From assembly GCA_038244085.1 (NCBI GenBank), contig JBBRTX010000001.1, positions 138,064 to 202,063 on the forward strand: a stretch of 64,000 nucleotides of DNA, given 5' to 3'. Positions within the stretch are counted from its first letter, which is position 1. Each line of letters begins with the position of its first letter. Position numbers and translations under genes: made by a program. The notes beneath the pieces are model-generated. The model searched no databases, had not been told where the DNA came from, and worked only from the letters and a program-made list of their open reading frames with translations. Shown one piece after another: positions 56,111 through 61,289 of this stretch. The DNA comes from Bacteroidales bacterium. Its GTDB lineage: Bacteria > Bacteroidota > Bacteroidia > Bacteroidales > FEN-979.

Positions 56111-59100
56111 ATGAGAAAATATACTTTTCTGTTTCTCTTTCTTTTATTTATTTCCGGTGAAAATGTTTTCGCACAGCTCACGGTTGTGCAAGGATCGGCG
56201 TTGAACATGACCACTCTGCAACTGGTCCAGACTCAACTTGTTGGCCAGGGCATTACGGTTCTGAATGCAGCTTTTAACGGAAGCCTGGGAGGAAATATAA
56301 ACTCTAACCAAATCGGGAAGTTTACGGCAACCGACAGCGCCTACCGTCAGTTGATGATGAGTGCCGGAGTGATACTCTCAAGTGGAACAGCTGCAGGAGC
56401 CATAGGTCCCAACAACTCTGGCGGATTTAGTGGTTTCTTACCTTCCCAGGGTCCCGGAGATCCTGATTTAACAATGATTGCAGGGATGGCTACCCATGAT
56501 GCTTCTGTGCTGGAATTTAATTTTATCCCGATATCGGATACGATTCGATTCAATTATGTTTTCGGATCTGATGAATTTTATGAATATTGTTCCGGTTACA
56601 ATGATGCTTTCGGATTCTTTCTGAGCGGGCCGGGAATCACCGGGACCTTCAGCAACCAGTCCGTGAATTTAGCCCTGATGCCGGATGGGATCACCACTGT
56701 GATGATCAATAATCTTTGTAACAACCCTTCTACAAACTGGAACAATGCCGGAGGTATTAATTTTCAGTATGACGGGATGACCTACGTTTTTACTGCCTGG
56801 CACATCGTTCAACCCTGCCAGGTTTATCATATCAAATTGGCTGTTGCGGATGCCTCCGATTGGGCTGTTGATTCCGGGGTATTTCTTGAGAAAAACAGTT
56901 TCAGTGCAACTGGTTTCGTTGTCAAAACAGATTATTCGGTTCCCGGACTGGGGAACAAATCAATTGAAGGTTGTTCCGATGCTACGGTCACATTTAAAAT
57001 CGCCGATATTACGCCTGTAAATGACACCATTCATTATACCATTACCGGTACGGCAATAAACGGTGTGGATTATCCTGCCATTCCTGCAAATTATGTGGTG
57101 ATTCCTGCCGGTCTTGACAGTACTTTCATCACCATCGCTCCTTTTATGGATGGAAATCCCGAAGGGACGGAGTATACGGTTCTTTCCATTCCGATGATTA
57201 CCTGTTCCGGAACAACGACCTATGTCGACAGCATTTATATTTTTGACAACACGCCGTTTCAGGCCATTGCCCCGGCAGATACCGGAGCCTGCGAGGGAAC
57301 GGATCTGCTCCTGCTGGCACACGGTTCAGGAGGACAGCAGCCATATCGGTTCTTATGGAATACAGGCTATGCAAAAGATGACCTTCATGTCATTACCCTT
57401 CCGGGAATCAACAGTTATTGGGTTCGGGTCACGGATGCCTGCGGAATGGTCCTGACGGATACGGTTCATGTGAATGGATCGCCACAGCCGCAGGTAACCA
57501 ATAGCCAGCTTATTTTTAGTCTATGCTCCGGTGCAACGACCAATATCCCGCTTCAATCAACAGTCCCCTCGGCCACTTTCGACTGGACAGCAACCTGTCC
57601 CTCCCCTTTGGTTACAGGGTATTCGGCCGGCACCGGTTCTCTTATTGTTCAAACCCTTCATAATACAGGGACTACCATTGATACGGTAACCTTTCATGTG
57701 ACGGCAAATAATGCTGGTTGCCTGGGACCCTTAAAAAACTTTAAAGTAGCGGTTCATCCAAAAGTAACGGTTTCCTTTACCCCTGCCGGAAGGAAGATCT
57801 GTAGTGGAGGGAACAGCAATATCGCCCTCAGTTCGCCCATTGCCAGTGCAACGTTTACCTGGACCGTTGTTGTCAGTTCCCCCAATACCAGCGGTGCTTC
57901 AGCGGGGAACGGGAACCTTATCAGCCAGGTTTTAACCAATTCAGGAACTACCATCGACACGGTTACCTACAAAGTAGTGCCTTTCGGGTTAGGTTGTTCA
58001 GGAGACACTTCTGTCGTGAAAGTTATTGTGAATCCTCCCCCTTTGCCTGTCATCACAGGGAACTTATCCGGTTGTGTAGGTTTCTCAACAGGTTTCAGCA
58101 CACAAAACGGGATGTTCGGTTATACCTGGACATTAGCACCTGACGGAACCATCACTTCCGGTTCGGGAACCAATGCCATCCAGGTAAACTGGCCAACCAC
58201 CGGTGCCAAGACCGTTTCTGTAAATTATTTCAATCCCGGAGGCTGTACGACACCGACACCTACTGTCTTTAATGTAACAGTTCATCCATTGCCTGTTGTT
58301 ACGATCACCGGAAATACCAGTGTTTGTGAAGGTTCCACAGGAAATGTCTATACAACCGCCCCCGGAATGACGGGTTATACCTGGACTTTATCCGCCGGTG
58401 GCAGCATTGTTTCGGGAGGAACTGCTACGGATCAAACCATCACCGTATTGTGGAATACTTCCGGAGCACAATCGGTATCCGTCAATTATACGGATTCCAA
58501 CGGATGCACTGCGGTAACCCCATTTGTTTTGCCCGTCACAGTACAAATATTGCCTATCCCGGTTATTTCCGGGACCAATGCCATCTGTTCCGGATTTACC
58601 ACCCTCTATTCTGCTCAACCCGGAATGACAGGTTATCTATGGACTATTTCTCCGGGCGGAACCCTGATCTCGGGTGGAACAATTACGGATAATACCGCAA
58701 CGGTTCAGTGGAATACTTCCGGCAGTCAGTCGGTCGCTGTAAACTTTACGAATGGAAATGGTTGTACGGCTCTTTCCCCGGTTACCTTCCCGGTTAACGT
58801 ATTTGCACTGCCTGTTCCAGTTGTTTCAGGACCAGCTGCAGCCTGCCTGAACAGCTCCCAAATCTATACTGCAAGCCCCGGGATGAGCAATTACCTTTGG
58901 GGCATCACTCCAGGGGGAATGATCACTGCCGGAAACGGAACCAGTTCCGTTACCGTGCAATGGAATGCTTCAGGAGCTCAGAATCTGACCCTCAACTATA
59001 CCGATGGCAATGGATGTACAGCCGTTTTGCCTTCCTCTAACCCGGTAAATGTTACCGTTTTGCCCGTTCCTGTTTTGACCGGGAACAATTCTCTTTGCCA

Positions 59101-60673
59101 GGGACTCACCGCCACCTACAACACAGATGCCGGTATGAGCAACTATTTCTGGAGCGTCTCTCCCGGAGGTACAATTACCAGCGGTGGAACAGCCGCAGAT
59201 CCTGCTGTTACCATTCTCTGGAATACGCCAGGATCACAAACAGTAAGCGTTAACTACACCGCCGGAATCGGATGTACTGCAGCTCTTCCGACTCTTTTAC
59301 CGGTTACGGTCAAGCCAAGACCTGTAATAACGAGTCCGGTGACCACTGCATCGCAATGCTCCGGCCTATCGATTAATTTTGTGCTTCAGGCTGATTTGCC
59401 CGGGAGCACTTTTTCCTGGACGGCCGCCGGCAGTTCACCGGCAGTGACGGGTTTTACACCAGGCAATGGTTCTTCCATTATTCAAATCCTGAGTAATTCC
59501 GGTTTTAACAATGAAAATGTGGTTTACACTGTTACGCCCGCACTGAATGGTTGCGCCGGAAATTCCGGCGCTTTCACCGTCACCGTTTTCCCGGTAGCCG
59601 ATGTGATCTTTGTCCCGCCCACACAGTCCTTTTGTACCGGATTAATTACAAACCTCTCTTTTTCTTCCAATGTCCCTGCATCAACTTACACATGGACATC
59701 AACAGGAAGTTCGGGAAATATCTCCGGTTTTGCTCCCGGAAGCGGCAACCTGATCCAGCAAACCCTTACCAACAGCGGCTTTGCCATTGAAACTGTCACT
59801 TACACCGTCACGCCTTCAGCGAATAATTGTATCGGTACTGCCAATAATGCAACGGTAACTGTTTACCCTTCGCCCGCTGTATCTTTTGGTCAGTGCAATG
59901 ACTTAATTACTACCCTCGATGCAAAACCTTTCCCGCTCAAAGGCGGCCTGCCTGCCGGAGGCATCTATGGAGGCGCGGGCGTCGTCGCGGGGATCTTTAC
60001 TCCCGCCACGGCAGGCCCCGGGACGCATTTGCTGTCCTATGCCTATTCCAACACCTGGACCTGCAGTGACAGCAAGACTCAAAGCATTACGGTACTGGCC
60101 CCTGTTGCATTTGCCTGCGGAAATCCGATCATTGATCCGAGGGATAATCAATCCTACCCGACCACCCTGATCGGAACACAATGCTGGATGGCCGCCAATC
60201 TCAACTACGGAGCGCCCATTCCTTCAGCCGCCATGCAAAGAGACAACTGTTCAACTGAGAAATACTGCCTTAATGATAATCCCGCAAACTGTTCTTCGCT
60301 CGGAGGGCTATACCAGTGGGATGAGATGATGCAATTCAGGAATACGCCTGCAATTCAAGGAGTCTGCCCTCCATCATGGCACATTCCCATTGAAGCTGAA
60401 TGGAATACGCTTTTTACCTTTCTTAACGGCAGTGGCTTTGCCGCCAGCCCGCTGAAGAATACCGGCTTTTCCGGGTTCAATGCAATGCCTTATGGTTCCC
60501 GTTTCGATAATGTTAACTGGAACTACAACAACTTTGCTACCTTCTTCTGGTCTTCCGACTCCCACGGATTGTTTAAAGCCTGGGCCCATGCGATGAATAC
60601 ATTTAACCCGAGCGTTTCATTTTATCCGTCCAATCGCTCAAATGCCTTTTCAATCAGATGTATGAAAGATTGA
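56111..60673 (+). CDS. giant modular secreted protein D: choice-of-anchor-L head, Calx-beta-like domain, 2 type-2, 5 type-1, 2 type-2, type-3 module, C-terminal FISUMP domain
   Basis: - It has the signal peptide MRKYTFLFLFLLFISGENVFAQ.
- The choice-of-anchor-L pattern is present (LVGQGITVLNAAF...GVILSSG...GPGDPDL...HDASVLEFNFIPISDTIRFNYVFGSDEFYEY...YHIKLAVADASDWAVDSGVFLEKNSF).
- A Calx-beta-like segment follows (ITGTAINGVDYPAIP...).
- No T9SS CTD is present. Confidence 0.85.
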   Translation: MRKYTFLFLFLLFISGENVFAQLTVVQGSALNMTTLQLVQTQLVGQGITVLNAAFNGSLGGNINSNQIGKFTATDSAYRQLMMSAGVILSSGTAAGAIGPNNSGGFSGFLPSQGPGDPDLTMIAGMATHDASVLEFNFIPISDTIRFNYVFGSDEFYEYCSGYNDAFGFFLSGPGITGTFSNQSVNLALMPDGITTVMINNLCNNPSTNWNNAGGINFQYDGMTYVFTAWHIVQPCQVYHIKLAVADASDWAVDSGVFLEKNSFSATGFVVKTDYSVPGLGNKSIEGCSDATVTFKIADITPVNDTIHYTITGTAINGVDYPAIPANYVVIPAGLDSTFITIAPFMDGNPEGTEYTVLSIPMITCSGTTTYVDSIYIFDNTPFQAIAPADTGACEGTDLLLLAHGSGGQQPYRFLWNTGYAKDDLHVITLPGINSYWVRVTDACGMVLTDTVHVNGSPQPQVTNSQLIFSLCSGATTNIPLQSTVPSATFDWTATCPSPLVTGYSAGTGSLIVQTLHNTGTTIDTVTFHVTANNAGCLGPLKNFKVAVHPKVTVSFTPAGRKICSGGNSNIALSSPIASATFTWTVVVSSPNTSGASAGNGNLISQVLTNSGTTIDTVTYKVVPFGLGCSGDTSVVKVIVNPPPLPVITGNLSGCVGFSTGFSTQNGMFGYTWTLAPDGTITSGSGTNAIQVNWPTTGAKTVSVNYFNPGGCTTPTPTVFNVTVHPLPVVTITGNTSVCEGSTGNVYTTAPGMTGYTWTLSAGGSIVSGGTATDQTITVLWNTSGAQSVSVNYTDSNGCTAVTPFVLPVTVQILPIPVISGTNAICSGFTTLYSAQPGMTGYLWTISPGGTLISGGTITDNTATVQWNTSGSQSVAVNFTNGNGCTALSPVTFPVNVFALPVPVVSGPAAACLNSSQIYTASPGMSNYLWGITPGGMITAGNGTSSVTVQWNASGAQNLTLNYTDGNGCTAVLPSSNPVNVTVLPVPVLTGNNSLCQGLTATYNTDAGMSNYFWSVSPGGTITSGGTAADPAVTILWNTPGSQTVSVNYTAGIGCTAALPTLLPVTVKPRPVITSPVTTASQCSGLSINFVLQADLPGSTFSWTAAGSSPAVTGFTPGNGSSIIQILSNSGFNNENVVYTVTPALNGCAGNSGAFTVTVFPVADVIFVPPTQSFCTGLITNLSFSSNVPASTYTWTSTGSSGNISGFAPGSGNLIQQTLTNSGFAIETVTYTVTPSANNCIGTANNATVTVYPSPAVSFGQCNDLITTLDAKPFPLKGGLPAGGIYGGAGVVAGIFTPATAGPGTHLLSYAYSNTWTCSDSKTQSITVLAPVAFACGNPIIDPRDNQSYPTTLIGTQCWMAANLNYGAPIPSAAMQRDNCSTEKYCLNDNPANCSSLGGLYQWDEMMQFRNTPAIQGVCPPSWHIPIEAEWNTLFTFLNGSGFAASPLKNTGFSGFNAMPYGSRFDNVNWNYNNFATFFWSSDSHGLFKAWAHAMNTFNPSVSFYPSNRSNAFSIRCMKD
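58049..59323 (+). repeat. five tandem 84-87-codon 'type 1' modules inside protein D
   Basis: The array is 425 codons, in frame, with the same consensus as the arrays in B and C. Confidence 0.9.
60134..60670 (+). other. FISUMP domain, C-terminal 179 aa of protein D
   Basis: DPRDNQSYPTTLIGTQCWMAANLNYG...GGLYQWDEMMQ...CPPSWHIPIEAEWNTLF...FSIRCMKD. Confidence 0.8.
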
Positions 60674-60720
60674 AACGGAAGGGTTTTTAAAAAAAAATTA
60701 CACAAATCAGACTAATCCGT

Positions 60721-60728
60721 TAATTTTG
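60721..60728 (+). promoter_or_regulatory. candidate -7 promoter box (TAATTTTG)
   Basis: Exact TAnnTTTG match 38 nt upstream of the ATG at 60766. Confidence 0.4.
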
Positions 60729-60765
60729 CCGTTCATTCTGTCCATTCTAAACATTTATCCTTTTT

Positions 60766-61125
60766 ATGAAAAAATTAACCATCTTATTGATCGCTGTTTT
60801 GTTCAGTACAATGGCAGTTGCCCAGAATTTTACGGAAATAAAGAGCTCGGAGATTCCTAAAAAGGCCACTACATATATCAAACAAAACTTTCCCAATTTC
60901 GAGCTTGGTCGTGCCGGTAAAGTTGATATCAAGGGTACAACCAAGTATGCAATTGTTGTAGACTCCCGTGGCCGTAAGTCGATTCTCGTTTTTGATAAAA
61001 CCGGCAATTACCTCGAACGGGTTAAAAAGATCGATGAAATCTCCAGTGAAGTAAAAAACGCGCCTAAATCTACCCCGCCCGCAACTAAACCGCCAACCAA
61101 TACCGATCCTCCTCCACAGAAGTAA
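60766..61125 (+). CDS. small secreted PepSY-like (BLIP-like) protein with Pro/Thr-rich tail
   Basis: It has the signal peptide MKKLTILLIAVLFSTMAVAQ. The pattern IPKKATTYIKQNFPN...KYAIVVDSRGRKSILVFDKTGNYL resembles the putative beta-lactamase-inhibitor-like PepSY-like family. The tail reads KSTPPATKPPTNTDPPPQK. Confidence 0.55.
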   Translation: MKKLTILLIAVLFSTMAVAQNFTEIKSSEIPKKATTYIKQNFPNFELGRAGKVDIKGTTKYAIVVDSRGRKSILVFDKTGNYLERVKKIDEISSEVKNAPKSTPPATKPPTNTDPPPQK

Positions 61126-61164
61126 CCGTAGGGCAGAAATTAACACAGAATTCAAAAAAATTGT

Positions 61165-61211
61165 CAAAGTCACAGGTTCACGGATATTTTTCGTGTTACT
61201 TTGTGACTTTG
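61165..61211 (+). terminator. possible terminator hairpin after the PepSY-like gene
   Basis: A 10-bp perfect inverted repeat CAAAGTCACA / TGTGACTTTG is followed by TTTCTTT. The loop is long (27 nt), so this is a weak call. Confidence 0.35.
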
Positions 61212-61289
61212 TTTCTTTAGTAAGCGTGTATTAGAAGCAACTTTTTCATACTTTTATACTCTAAGAACAGGATTTTCATAGGTGACTTT

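Noticed and set aside
41480-59323. Regular ~255-285-bp sequence periodicity that could superficially suggest a CRISPR array or satellite repeat.
   Set aside because: The period is a multiple of 3 and stays in one long ORF. Units are only partially identical, there are no short conserved direct repeats with unique spacers, and no cas genes are present. These are protein domain repeats.
43049-60670. Possibility that the C-terminal FISUMP domains are variable regions of a diversity-generating retroelement. DGR targets are often C-type-lectin or FGE-fold domains at the C-terminus.
   Set aside because: The window contains no reverse transcriptase gene and no non-coding template repeat. Differences among the four copies are spread over the whole domain and are not obviously restricted to adenine-templated positions. 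A genome-wide RT/TR search would be needed to exclude it fully.
39644-60673. Searched the C-termini of the giant proteins for T9SS type A (Por_Secre_tail) or type B (gliding motility-associated C-terminal domain) signals, and the N-termini for lipoboxes.
   Set aside because: None was found by eye. All four complete proteins end in the FISUMP motif ...RC(L/M)KD, and their signal peptides look like SPase I type. This negative result feeds the hypothesis above but needs HMM confirmation.
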